Shown in pieces: positions 9,667-17,469 of a DNA stretch of 64,000 nt. Both the position numbers and the translations under genes were made by a program. Where the stretch lies: IMG/VR virus record IMGVR_UViG_3300032214_000715, positions 62,001-126,000 of that record; one strand, given 5' to 3'. Numbering within the stretch: position 1 is the first letter of the stretch; each line of letters opens with the position of its first letter. The notes under the pieces were generated by a model, which ran no database searches, was not told the origin of the DNA, and saw only the letters and a program-made list of their open reading frames with translations.

Positions 9667-10353
9667 CTAGCGAATATTTTTATTTATCTCAATCATTCTG
9701 CCAATTTTTATTAGTTCAGTTTCATATAGCATTCTTCTTTCGTGTGATTTTTTACCTTCGTCAAGATTTACTAAACAACCACTATGAATTATAAGCCCAA
9801 AAATATCAATTAGCTTGGATTCTATCGACAATGCTTCATTTTTTGTCATGTTTTCTTTAAGAATAGATACTGAAATTTCAGAACCAGATTTTTTTATTTT
9901 TTGACGATATTTTCTATGCGAATCATTTCTATCTAAATCGTATGCTCTAGATCCTTGACCCATTCCTATATAAAATGGCTGATGCTGCATTCCAATCGTC
10001 GCCGCAAAAGTAGTGACTCCGTGTTTTCCTATAGCTATTTTTTTAGAAGGATCACAGTGAGCATAAACATAATAAGAATTATCAGTGACGTCTTCGTTAT
10101 ATAAATGAAGAATATCTGTGTTGTAAATGTTGACGCACGACTCAAATACTTCTTTTGAATGCTTATTCTTAGAATAATGACCGTGATTGGATCTCAAATT
10201 ACCTAACATATTTTTTGACCACGTCAGTAATTTTTTTAGTTCTTCTTCTGATTGCGAATCAACTTCTATATTCCATATAGAAGTATTACGTATCTGACCT
10301 TTAGTGTCAGTGACCTGTTTTCTTTTTATTTCCATACTAGTAGTATAAGACAT
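9667..10353 (-). CDS. GIY-YIG (LEM-3-like) homing endonuclease
   Basis: YYVYAHCDP...PFYIGMG...R, plus EALSIESKLI and LVN. Confidence 0.8.
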   Translation of the reverse strand: MSYTTSMEIKRKQVTDTKGQIRNTSIWNIEVDSQSEEELKKLLTWSKNMLGNLRSNHGHYSKNKHSKEVFESCVNIYNTDILHLYNEDVTDNSYYVYAHCDPSKKIAIGKHGVTTFAATIGMQHQPFYIGMGQGSRAYDLDRNDSHRKYRQKIKKSGSEISVSILKENMTKNEALSIESKLIDIFGLIIHSGCLVNLDEGKKSHERRMLYETELIKIGRMIEINKNIR

Positions 10354-10375
10354 TTGAATGATAAGTCAAGTAATT

Positions 10376-10440
10376 TGGCGCAATGCTAGCCGTCCGGAAC
10401 ACTTTTCTCTTTGCTTCTTTCCTTACGGTCTTTACAGCAA
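10376..10440 (-). pseudogene. Possible truncated first copy of the tmRNA acceptor piece
   Basis: Follows TATAAATA (10444-10451); GTTCC-GGAC can pair with GGAGC of the coding piece, but no T-loop or CCA follows. Confidence 0.45.
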
Positions 10441-10466
10441 TAACTTACAATACTATTTATATAGTA

Positions 10467-10658
10467 TTACCAATTCTCCACGCTAGAAATTACAACTTCA
10501 AAGGTGCCTTCAATATCACCAATCTTAGTTTGAACTTTCATAGTAACAGTAGCGCCAATACCGCTGCTATTGTCACTTTCTACTTCAAAAAATTCCACAT
10601 CAGGAAATTTCTTTGACAGTTCAACCATCTTTTCTAAGTCATCACGATGTAGCAACAT
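10467..10658 (-). CDS. Hypothetical protein
   Basis: MLLHRDD..., overlaps upstream gene. Confidence 0.6.
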   Translation of the reverse strand: MLLHRDDLEKMVELSKKFPDVEFFEVESDNSSGIGATVTMKVQTKIGDIEGTFEVVISSVENW

Positions 10659-11130
10659 TTTGCTTACTCTTAACATATTCACGATATTCACGCTGCCAAT
10701 TATGTTCTTCGGGAACATCGTATGGCAATCCTAATTCACCCATCATAAGACGCATTACACGTGTATTTGGACTACGAAATCCTTCTACTAGCATAAAGCC
10801 CATATGTTCACCTACTTGTGCCACTGCGCCACTACGAGCTACTCCTGCGTAACAGTGTACTACAACATTCATATTCTTGTCAAGTGCGTGACGCAATAAA
10901 CCAACCAATTCTTTTGCTTGTGACTCACTGATAAACATTTCAGGATCATCAGCTTCATCGTTGTCATCAATATCAAGAAATTCAAAACGATAAATTTCTT
11001 TGAATTCATGCTTTGGTGTAGGGAACCAGCCTGCTGGATCCATAATTTGAATTAGCATAGAGTTTGATCCAGCTTTGTGATGGTGTCCTATAGGCACATC
11101 GGCAGCGGCTACATTTTCAATCCAGGGCAT
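10642..11130 (-). CDS. Protein tyrosine/dual-specificity phosphatase-like
   Basis: VHCYAGVARS (CX5R). Confidence 0.85.
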   Translation of the reverse strand: MPWIENVAAADVPIGHHHKAGSNSMLIQIMDPAGWFPTPKHEFKEIYRFEFLDIDDNDEADDPEMFISESQAKELVGLLRHALDKNMNVVVHCYAGVARSGAVAQVGEHMGFMLVEGFRSPNTRVMRLMMGELGLPYDVPEEHNWQREYREYVKSKQNVATS

Positions 11131-11141
11131 TATGTTTCAAA

Positions 11142-11423
11142 TTACTGAAGTCTAACTATGATGTGCCAACCAAATTGTGTTTGTACTGGGTTGCTTACTT
11201 GCCCAACAGTCATTGAAAGCACGGCGTCTTCAAACGGTTTTACCATTTGTCCTGGACCGAACATACCCAAGTTGCCTCCATTTTGTCCACTAGGACACTT
11301 TGAATGTTGTTTTGCTAATTCCACGAATGTTTCCATCGTGGAGCTTTCTGTTAGTTTCTGTAGAAGAGATTGTGCCGTGGTTTGATCTTCAACTAAGATA
11401 TGACTTGCTGCTACTTGTGACAT
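11142..11423 (-). CDS. ppiC: Parvulin-type peptidyl-prolyl isomerase
   Basis: ASHILV, SKCPSGQNGGNLG, MVKPFE and TQFGWHII motifs. Confidence 0.92.
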   Translation of the reverse strand: MSQVAASHILVEDQTTAQSLLQKLTESSTMETFVELAKQHSKCPSGQNGGNLGMFGPGQMVKPFEDAVLSMTVGQVSNPVQTQFGWHIIVRLQ

Positions 11424-11439
11424 ATTTTTCCTATATAAA

Positions 11440-11640
11440 ATGTCGTTGCCACCGCTACCACGCGGCCCACCGACTGAGTTGCTTGCCCTGTCACGACAGT
11501 ATTTAGTATGGAAGGTTACTGTTGCCCCCTAAGATATCTCAAGTCGCCCATGTTAGCGGGCCTTGCGGTATGATCCTAAGCACCGTGTAGATATGGTAAC
11601 TACAATACCCACTTTTGTAAAGTCAAAGTGTAAAACTGGT
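11440..11640 (-). ncRNA. Candidate structured ncRNA
   Basis: GC-rich, no credible ORF, several helices, directly 3' of tRNA-Gly. Confidence 0.4.
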
Positions 11641-11643
11641 TTT

Positions 11644-11719
11644 TGGAGCGTCCGCCCGGAAATCGAACCGGGTACTGGAACTTGGAAGGATCCTGTGTTT
11701 CCGCTTACACCACGAACGC
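11644..11719 (-). tRNA. tRNA-Gly(TCC)
   Basis: Cloverleaf with CCA. Confidence 0.9.
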
Positions 11720-11727
11720 ATTTATTT

Positions 11728-11802
11728 TGGAGCAGGATATCGGGTTTGAACCGATGACATTCTCGTTGGCAACGAGACATTCTACCACTGAATTAATCCT
11801 GC
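11728..11802 (-). tRNA. tRNA-Gly(GCC)
   Basis: Cloverleaf with CCA. Confidence 0.93.
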
Positions 11803-12066
11803 GCATTAATCTATTTGTTACTATACTTCCAATCAACTACTTGCCAATACCCTTCACGATATTCTTCAATCTGTCCCATATTATTTATTCGCAACGTTTC
11901 TTGCTGATTAACTTTTCTATCGTCAATTATAGCGTTCTCGTCAAGTTTGTCAAGTACAACATTTTCCATAATACTATTTACACACCGTCTTATCGTGTGA
12001 AAAAATATACTTAAGTACATAACACTGATCAACAGTACTACTTAAATAAGTCATAAGGAGTCTAGC

Positions 12067-12351
12067 ATGAGCAAAGATCGCGAATTATTACAACGATACC
12101 TTCAAGTTATTAACGAAGCCACTACAGTAATCGCAGAGAAGTGGGGCGTAAGCGGAGCAGTAAATCCACGCGAACAGGGTAAATACGCTGGCAAAACAAA
12201 AGAAGAGTTACTGAAATCATATAACGCTCTTAAACGTAGCGGACCACATCCACGTAACAGTCCCGAATACGGTCGCATGCGTGAATTAGCATTTGCTATA
12301 CGTGCCAAGAGTGGATGGGGCAAAGTTGGAGAAGACTATAGCGAAGAGTAA
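12067..12351 (+). CDS. Hypothetical protein (possibly late/virion)
   Basis: TAAATA element and AAGGAG RBS. Confidence 0.75.
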   Translation: MSKDRELLQRYLQVINEATTVIAEKWGVSGAVNPREQGKYAGKTKEELLKSYNALKRSGPHPRNSPEYGRMRELAFAIRAKSGWGKVGEDYSEE

Positions 12352-12354
12352 TAT

Positions 12355-12558
12355 ATGCCGCCGTGCGACTTCATCACTCTGTATGAAATAGGAGTTGGAT
12401 CATTAGCGGTACGACACAGTGAAATTACAACGATTGAACTTACCGCAGAATGCGCTAGTCGCATTACATTAAGCAATGGGTATAGCAAAGTAGTACAAGA
12501 AAATCCAACTAGAATATTGTTCTTAATCAACGCAGCACAAGAATTGTGTAAAGATTAA
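12355..12558 (+). CDS. Hypothetical protein
   Basis: 67-aa ORF following the previous gene. Confidence 0.5.
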   Translation: MPPCDFITLYEIGVGSLAVRHSEITTIELTAECASRITLSNGYSKVVQENPTRILFLINAAQELCKD

Positions 12559-13049
12559 GAATCCCAACTCAATCTAGATGTTTTCATTGCCGGAGCGCCC
12601 GCGTATTTCTTAACAATTTCTTCTCCAGCATCTATAAATCTAAGCGCTCGTAGTCCAACTACATTATTGGTAGTGTCAATGACTTCCTCAGCATTGGGTC
12701 TTTCGCTGTGATTGGATAATAAGAATGAGCTGATATGTATCACTCCAGTACTCTCACTGTATCTCCATCTTTTTGTCTTAGCAAACACAGCAGCATCTTC
12801 TGGTGATAATTTATATTCTATTCTACCAATTGGTATGACATGCTGATTATTGATCCAACGAAGACCCATCATTTTTACGAACCTAGTGTTCTTAATTATC
12901 TGCCAGTCTTCATCATCTATTTTTACAACTGGATCTAGAACAATTAATTCTCCATTCTGAATTGGAACAGAAGCAAATAATCCATTGCCCGCACTCTTAA
13001 TTCGTGACTTGGCCATATAACTCTTTGATGTTACTTCATTAATACGCAT
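12555..13049 (-). CDS. SET-domain protein
   Basis: GNGLFA, NHSERPN and ALRFIDAGEEI...Y motifs. Confidence 0.8.
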   Translation of the reverse strand: MRINEVTSKSYMAKSRIKSAGNGLFASVPIQNGELIVLDPVVKIDDEDWQIIKNTRFVKMMGLRWINNQHVIPIGRIEYKLSPEDAAVFAKTKRWRYSESTGVIHISSFLLSNHSERPNAEEVIDTTNNVVGLRALRFIDAGEEIVKKYAGAPAMKTSRLSWDS

Positions 13050-13075
13050 ATATGTATTTATGTTAGAAATAAACT

Positions 13076-13149
13076 TGGTGCTCCTAGCAAGAATCGAACT
13101 TGCGATTCGGCTTTACCAAAGCCGTAGTATGCCATTTACTTATAGGAGC
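13076..13149 (-). tRNA. tRNA-Thr(GGT)
   Basis: Cloverleaf with CCA. Confidence 0.93.
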
Positions 13150-13151
13150 AG

Positions 13152-13241
13152 TGGCGGGCAAGGTGGGATTCGAACCCACGGAAGAGTTTCCCCTTCGCCA
13201 GTTTTCAAGACTGGAGCCATAATCCACTCGGCCACCTGCCC
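13152..13241 (-). tRNA. tRNA-Ser(TGA)
   Basis: Type II cloverleaf with CCA. Confidence 0.93.
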
Positions 13242-13295
13242 ATATTCTTTAACACACTATTTATCACATTGTACACCGTGTGTTATGGTGAAGTT

Positions 13296-13369
13296 TGGCG
13301 TCCCTCCAGGGAGTCAAACCCCGGCCCTCAGTTTTGGAGACTGATGTGCTATCGTAACACTTGAGAGAC
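13296..13369 (-). tRNA. tRNA-Trp(CCA)
   Basis: Cloverleaf with CCA. Confidence 0.9.
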
Positions 13370-13376
13370 AATAATT

Positions 13377-13466
13377 TGGCGGAGTGACTGGGACTTGAAC
13401 CCAGAAGCCTGCTTTCGCAAACCGACGGATTAGCAATCCGCTCCAATACCATTATGGGACCACTCC
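13377..13466 (-). tRNA. tRNA-Ser(GCT)
   Basis: Type II cloverleaf with CCA. Confidence 0.93.
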
Positions 13467-13471
13467 AATTT

Positions 13472-13556
13472 TGGTGCCCCAGGTCGGACTCGAACCGACA
13501 CGCCTTTCGGCAATGGCTTCTAAGACCATCGTGGCTACCAGTTACACCACCGGGGC
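13472..13556 (-). tRNA. tRNA-Leu(TAG)
   Basis: Type II cloverleaf with CCA. Confidence 0.93.
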
Positions 13557-13567
13557 AATTTAAATTT

Positions 13568-13645
13568 TGGCAGGGGATCCAGGATTTGAACCTGGGAATG
13601 TCGGAATCAAAATCCGATGCCTTAGACCAACTTGGCTAATCCCCT
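13568..13645 (-). tRNA. tRNA-Gln(TTG)
   Basis: Cloverleaf with CCA; 5' end overlapped by the HNH ORF. Confidence 0.92.
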
Positions 13646-14086
13646 TTTGTTGTATTTTCCTCTTTTTTTACCGGATAAAGATGTTGAAATATTCTTTTTG
13701 TGTTCTTCTGATTTTGGTTTTGTGGATCCTTTATTCTTTTTCCCATTTTCAGATAACATATTTTTAGTCTGTTCTTCTCCGTATTTAAGAACAGATCGCT
13801 CGTATGGAGAAAGATGTGTTCCACGGTCTACTTGATCTAAGTGATTATCTTTATATGATCCCCAATAGATATGATTTGGATTTGAACATTTAGGATTATT
13901 ACAGGCATGACACACGATAGCATTGTCTCCCTTTTTAGGGATAGATGTATTAAGAGTGAATGCCAAAAGCCCAGTTAAATGATAAGAATATTTCAATCCT
14001 CTTTCGTCACATTTTTCATATAGTTTAATATGCGTCATTCTTTCATCTTTTGAACTAAACATATATTCTTTAATATCAATTGGCAT
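13622..14086 (-). CDS. HNH-type (zinc-binding loop) homing endonuclease with NUMOD3-like tail
   Basis: VCHACNNPKCSNPNH...N and KSEEHKKNIS; start at MPID after AAGGA RBS. Confidence 0.8.
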   Translation of the reverse strand: MPIDIKEYMFSSKDERMTHIKLYEKCDERGLKYSYHLTGLLAFTLNTSIPKKGDNAIVCHACNNPKCSNPNHIYWGSYKDNHLDQVDRGTHLSPYERSVLKYGEEQTKNMLSENGKKNKGSTKPKSEEHKKNISTSLSGKKRGKYNKRGLAKLV

Positions 14087-14125
14087 AATAATTCCTTTGT
14101 TTTTATTATTTAGTAAAACAACATA

Positions 14126-14158
14126 AATTCTATGCTCTCCCAATTGAGCTAACCCCCA
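14126..14158 (-). pseudogene. Orphan tRNA 5' half
   Basis: TGGGGGTTAGCTCAATTGGGAGAGCA gives acceptor strand plus D-arm, then breaks off before the HNH gene. Confidence 0.65.
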
Positions 14159-14168
14159 TCTGAATAAA

Positions 14169-14230
14169 ACAGGATGCTTTTTACGTTTCAAATTAAAAGT
14201 TTGATGTATAAAGTTTGCTGTACGCATCCT
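14169..14230 (-). ncRNA. Mini-RNA carrying a Lys(TTT)-like anticodon stem-loop
   Basis: AGGATGC/GCATCCT closing stem, TACAGCAAA, TCAAA-CTTTTAA-TTTGA. Confidence 0.55.
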
Positions 14231-14236
14231 AAAATC

Positions 14237-14331
14237 TGGACCGTCGGACAGGATTCGAACCTGCATCAGTATACAGTGATACCACTCCAGTTACCTTTGT
14301 CCGCGTTCGTAGCGCGAGGGGATACCGACGG
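14237..14331 (-). tRNA. Non-canonical tRNA-Arg(ACG) with rewired D-arm
   Basis: 7-bp acceptor, anticodon arm, T-arm and CCA present; only 7 nt where the D-arm belongs. Confidence 0.7.
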
Positions 14332-14341
14332 ATTGTATTCT

Positions 14342-14417
14342 TGGTGCCGCCTCTAGGGATTGAACCTAGTTCTCTGGTGCTTCAAACCAGCGTGAGGACC
14401 ACCTTCACCAAAGCGGC
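14342..14417 (-). tRNA. tRNA-Phe(GAA)
   Basis: Cloverleaf with CCA. Confidence 0.92.
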
Positions 14418-14429
14418 TAAAACTTCTTA

Positions 14430-14504
14430 GGGGTGACCAACGGAATTCGAATCCGTACTATCACGGTCACAGCATGAGGTGCTAACCATTACACTATGGT
14501 CACT
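14430..14504 (-). tRNA. tRNA-His(GTG)
   Basis: Cloverleaf with C discriminator; CCA not fully encoded; -1 base is A. Confidence 0.88.
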
Positions 14505-14519
14505 CCTAAGCAGTCTTTT

Positions 14520-14594
14520 TGGTGGAGGATACCGGGGTCGAACCGGTGACTATGCCTTGCAAGGGCATCGTGTTCCCAACTATACCAATCCCCC
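14520..14594 (-). tRNA. tRNA-Ala(TGC)
   Basis: Cloverleaf, G3.U70, CCA. Confidence 0.94.
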
Positions 14595-14603
14595 AATAAA
14601 ACA

Positions 14604-14661
14604 ACAGGATCCTTATTTTTTCAATTACAAGTTGAATTTTAAAATTTGCTGTAAGGATCCT
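14604..14661 (-). ncRNA. Mini-RNA carrying a Thr(TGT)-like anticodon stem-loop
   Basis: AGGATCCTTA/TAAGGATCCT stem, CAGCAAA, TTCAA-CTTGTAA-TTGAA. Confidence 0.55.
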
Positions 14662-14668
14662 AAAACTT

Positions 14669-14745
14669 TGGCGCACCGTAGGGGACTTGAACCCCTGGCC
14701 TCGGCAGTGACAGTGCCGCGATCTAACCAACTGATCTAACGGTGC
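14669..14745 (-). tRNA. tRNA-Asp(GTC)
   Basis: Cloverleaf with CCA. Confidence 0.94.
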
Positions 14746-14752
14746 GGAAATT

Positions 14753-15029
14753 TGGTGGGACCAGGGGGGTTCGAACCCCCGACCAACGGATTAACCTACC
14801 ACTATAGTTTTCACTACCAGTTTCCTGTTTGTGGTCTGGACTATACCTTCATCGTATCATTTCTGACTTAGATGCCCGCCGTCTAGTCTCTACACGTTCC
14901 CATTACTGGGCTTCGCTCGGTATCGCCATTTTACAGGGTTCACCGAATTTGACGGGTTCTACTTACAAAATTTCTTTTGTAGCACTCCTATTTTAAAGTC
15001 CGCTGCTCTACCGACTGAGCTATAGTCCC
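14753..15029 (-). tRNA. tRNA-Lys(TTT), intron-containing
   Basis: Exons 15029-14996 and 14794-14753 rebuild GCGGA-CTTTTAA-TCCGT. Confidence 0.88.
14795..14995 (-). mobile_element. Group I intron (about 201 nt, no ORF) in the tRNA-Lys anticodon
   Basis: AAATTCGGTGAA, GTAGAGACTAGACGG and AAGGTATAGTCC core elements; terminal G. Confidence 0.88.
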
Positions 15030-15088
15030 TTTATCAATCAACAGAACACAGTGTACTCGTTAGGGTAATTACTGTCAACAACTATCGG

Positions 15089-15164
15089 TGGTCTCCGTGC
15101 CCGGATTTGAACCGGGACCGCTCCGCCCCAAACGGAGTATGCAACCAGGTAACACTTCACAGAG
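15089..15164 (-). tRNA. tRNA-Pro(TGG)
   Basis: Cloverleaf with CCA. Confidence 0.92.
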
Positions 15165-15300
15165 ATAAAATTTCTTTTATTTTACACATTATGTATAAAT
15201 AAACGGTGAATCATAAGATTGTTTGATTAGGGCCAAACAATCAACCACACGAGGAGTGATGGCTGTCTGATTCGCAAGTATTTATAACGAGGAGAATCAA

Positions 15301-16182
15301 ATGAAATATAAATCACCACTGTGTTCATGCATAGTATGTCATGAAACAAAATCAGCAAAAGGCATATTTACCCATTATATAGTAAGTCACACTGAAGAAG
15401 GGTCAAACAGATTACAGCGTGGACAAAAAAATGGCGTCGAAAATGCAAAAAAATCAAACAATAAAAATTTCACTGAGAGAATTAAAAAATATGATCAGTC
15501 TCCAAAACAATGTATAAATTGCAACAAAAAATTAGATTATGACAAAAAATTTAGTAAATTTTGCAATCACTCTTGCTCCGCGTCTTACAACAATAATTTG
15601 CGCAGTGCCGATACAATTAGAAAACAAGGTAATTCTCTGAAAGAAACTCTTAAAAATATTTTTGAGTCAATCTCTAAAATAAAATTTAAAACTTGTACTT
15701 ATTGTTATAAAAATTACACATGGCACAAAGGAATGTCATTTAAATTTTGCTGTATAATCTGCAAAGAAAAGGAACAATTCCATAGATTATCTACTCTTGC
15801 AAAAGATCGTGGTCTTGGAGGGGTCAGACCGTCTAAACGAATACTGTACAAAGGAGTATTGCTTGGGTCCACATATGAAGTTAAATTGGCAGAATCACTT
15901 GATGATAATTGCATCAAATGGATAAAGCCAGCACGATTGAACTACGTGGATCCATTCGGAAAAGAGCGCACCTATGAAGCAGATTTTTATCTGCCAGAAT
16001 ATAATGTTTATCTTGACCCTAAAAATGACTTTTTAATTAATAATATTAATCCAAGATTAGGTTTTAAAGATTCAGAAAAAATTCATTTAGTATGTAAACA
16101 AAATGATGTTCAAATTTTCATACTTGATAAAACGCAATTAACATGGCAGCATGTTAAAAACATTATTGATGGTTCCTCGTGA
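15301..16182 (+). CDS. Zn-finger plus PD-(D/E)XK putative homing endonuclease
   Basis: Several CxxC pairs; STYE...YEADFYLPEYNVYLDPK; TATAAATA at about 15195. Confidence 0.7.
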   Translation: MKYKSPLCSCIVCHETKSAKGIFTHYIVSHTEEGSNRLQRGQKNGVENAKKSNNKNFTERIKKYDQSPKQCINCNKKLDYDKKFSKFCNHSCSASYNNNLRSADTIRKQGNSLKETLKNIFESISKIKFKTCTYCYKNYTWHKGMSFKFCCIICKEKEQFHRLSTLAKDRGLGGVRPSKRILYKGVLLGSTYEVKLAESLDDNCIKWIKPARLNYVDPFGKERTYEADFYLPEYNVYLDPKNDFLINNINPRLGFKDSEKIHLVCKQNDVQIFILDKTQLTWQHVKNIIDGSS

Positions 16183-16243
16183 AGGAATCGAACCTCCGTC
16201 TGTAGAATGTAAATCTACGGCCCTACCATTAGACGAACGAGGA
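16170..16243 (-). tRNA. tRNA-Val(TAC)
   Basis: Cloverleaf with CCA. Confidence 0.88.
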
Positions 16244-16266
16244 AAATTAAAAAAATAAGTATAACA

Positions 16267-16354
16267 GGGTTGCGGAACCTGGATTCGAACCAGAACTTGC
16301 ATTAGATGTCTCAGGGTTATGAGCCCCGCGTTTTGCCAATTAAACTATTCCGCT
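16267..16354 (-). tRNA. tRNA-Met(CAT), initiator-like, with long variable region
   Basis: 1:72 mismatch and GGG/CCC anticodon stem; about 17-nt variable loop. Confidence 0.8.
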
Positions 16355-16363
16355 GTATTCTAT

Positions 16364-16723
16364 TTATAAACCTAACGTCTTGTAACCATATTTCTTTGCT
16401 ACTTTGACAGAAACGCCAAGCGCAGCAGCACATGGAAACCGAACATGTTTCTTGAACCGATATCCATTTAAGGTGAATGGTTTCAACACTGTGTCACAAT
16501 TCCAACAATTTCGTTGACAACTGATGTAACCAAGTTCTTCTAACTGATTACGCAACTTAGCGAACTCATCGTGATCTTTATTGCTATGTGTAATCATTTT
16601 ATGGTGACCACTGAGAATTTTAATCAAATCATCTGGTGTAGGGTTCTCACGATCAGACAACAATGTATATTCTGTCGTGACATGTACATCAGTTAGGTAT
16701 TGTTCATCAATAGTGAAATCCAT
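16364..16723 (-). CDS. Hypothetical protein
   Basis: GAGGT RBS before MDFT. Confidence 0.7.
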   Translation of the reverse strand: MDFTIDEQYLTDVHVTTEYTLLSDRENPTPDDLIKILSGHHKMITHSNKDHDEFAKLRNQLEELGYISCQRNCWNCDTVLKPFTLNGYRFKKHVRFPCAAALGVSVKVAKKYGYKTLGL

Positions 16724-16846
16724 AATTACCTCTAAAAATATTTCTGTATACACCTGCTGACATGGGCACTAAGGTTAATAGTTTGTGCCTAGATTTTTTA
16801 CAGCCGATGAATCATTGTCACGACATAGCTAATAGCGACAACTTTA

Positions 16847-16886
16847 CCTGACGATTTTATAAATATCCTGACGATTTTATAAATAT
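16847..16886. repeat. 20-bp perfect tandem duplication
   Basis: cctgacgattttataaatat x2. Confidence 0.9.
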
Positions 16887-16971
16887 AAAATCAGCATCTA
16901 ACTCATGTGTCTTACCACACTATATATTAAATAATATTTTAACACATCAGCATGTGTATACAGAAACAAAA

Positions 16972-17058
16972 TGGAGTGCCGAGAGGGATTTGAACCCCCG
17001 ATGTCCTTTCGGATAGGGATTTGCAATCCCTCACATTCGACCGCTCTGTCATCGGCAC
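16972..17058 (-). tRNA. tRNA-Cys(GCA) with long variable arm
   Basis: Cloverleaf, U73, TCC-GAAA-GGA extra arm. Confidence 0.88.
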
Positions 17059-17134
17059 ATCGTATTCTTAAGGGGCACAGTGTCTGTCGTTTAAGAGTAG
17101 GCATCCTTCAGCCACTCCCCCAGATAAATCTATT

Positions 17135-17212
17135 TGGTGGTGATGGTTGGAATTGAACCAACCCCATTCTTCCTTATGAGGGAAGCGTACAGACCATCTA
17201 TACTACATCACC
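17135..17212 (-). tRNA. tRNA-Met(CAT)
   Basis: Cloverleaf with CCA. Confidence 0.88.
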
Positions 17213-17219
17213 TATTATT

Positions 17220-17296
17220 TGGTACCCACGGTTGGATTTGAACCAACGACTTTCGCCTTATCAAGACGCTACTCTGACCAACTGAGTTACGCGGGT
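17220..17296 (-). tRNA. tRNA-Ile(GAT)
   Basis: Cloverleaf with CCA. Confidence 0.9.
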
Positions 17297-17370
17297 ATAT
17301 AACCATATTTGAACACACTCAGGAGGTCAAATTCCTTTTACCAACCAGTTATGGTGAATGTGTTCAAATA

Positions 17371-17469
17371 TAGCGACCCTTTGTGGGCAGGATTCGAACC
17401 TGCAAGTGGCTTCTATTTCCACTGGCCCTATTAGAGGCCTATGTTTACCATATTCCATCACCACGGGTC
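17371..17469 (-). ncRNA. tRNA-like RNA (type II body, bulged 9-bp acceptor, abnormal anticodon loop)
   Basis: D-arm, long variable arm and perfect GCAGG-TTCGAAT-CCTGC T-arm. Confidence 0.6.

Noticed and set aside
9667-10353. Group I intron in tmRNA carrying the endonuclease
   Set aside because: No P7-type core elements like those in the two tRNA introns were seen.
14087-14266. N-terminal extension of the HNH ORF (214-aa call)
   Set aside because: It runs through RNA elements; the RBS supports MPID at 14086.
17070-17121. Possible mini-tRNA with CTCTTAA loop
   Set aside because: Only a 4-bp closing stem; no convincing anticodon stem or T-arm.
17371-17469. Amber suppressor tRNA or genetic-code reassignment
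   Set aside because: The loop contains CTA but cannot form a 7-nt anticodon loop, and long genes are intact in the standard code.
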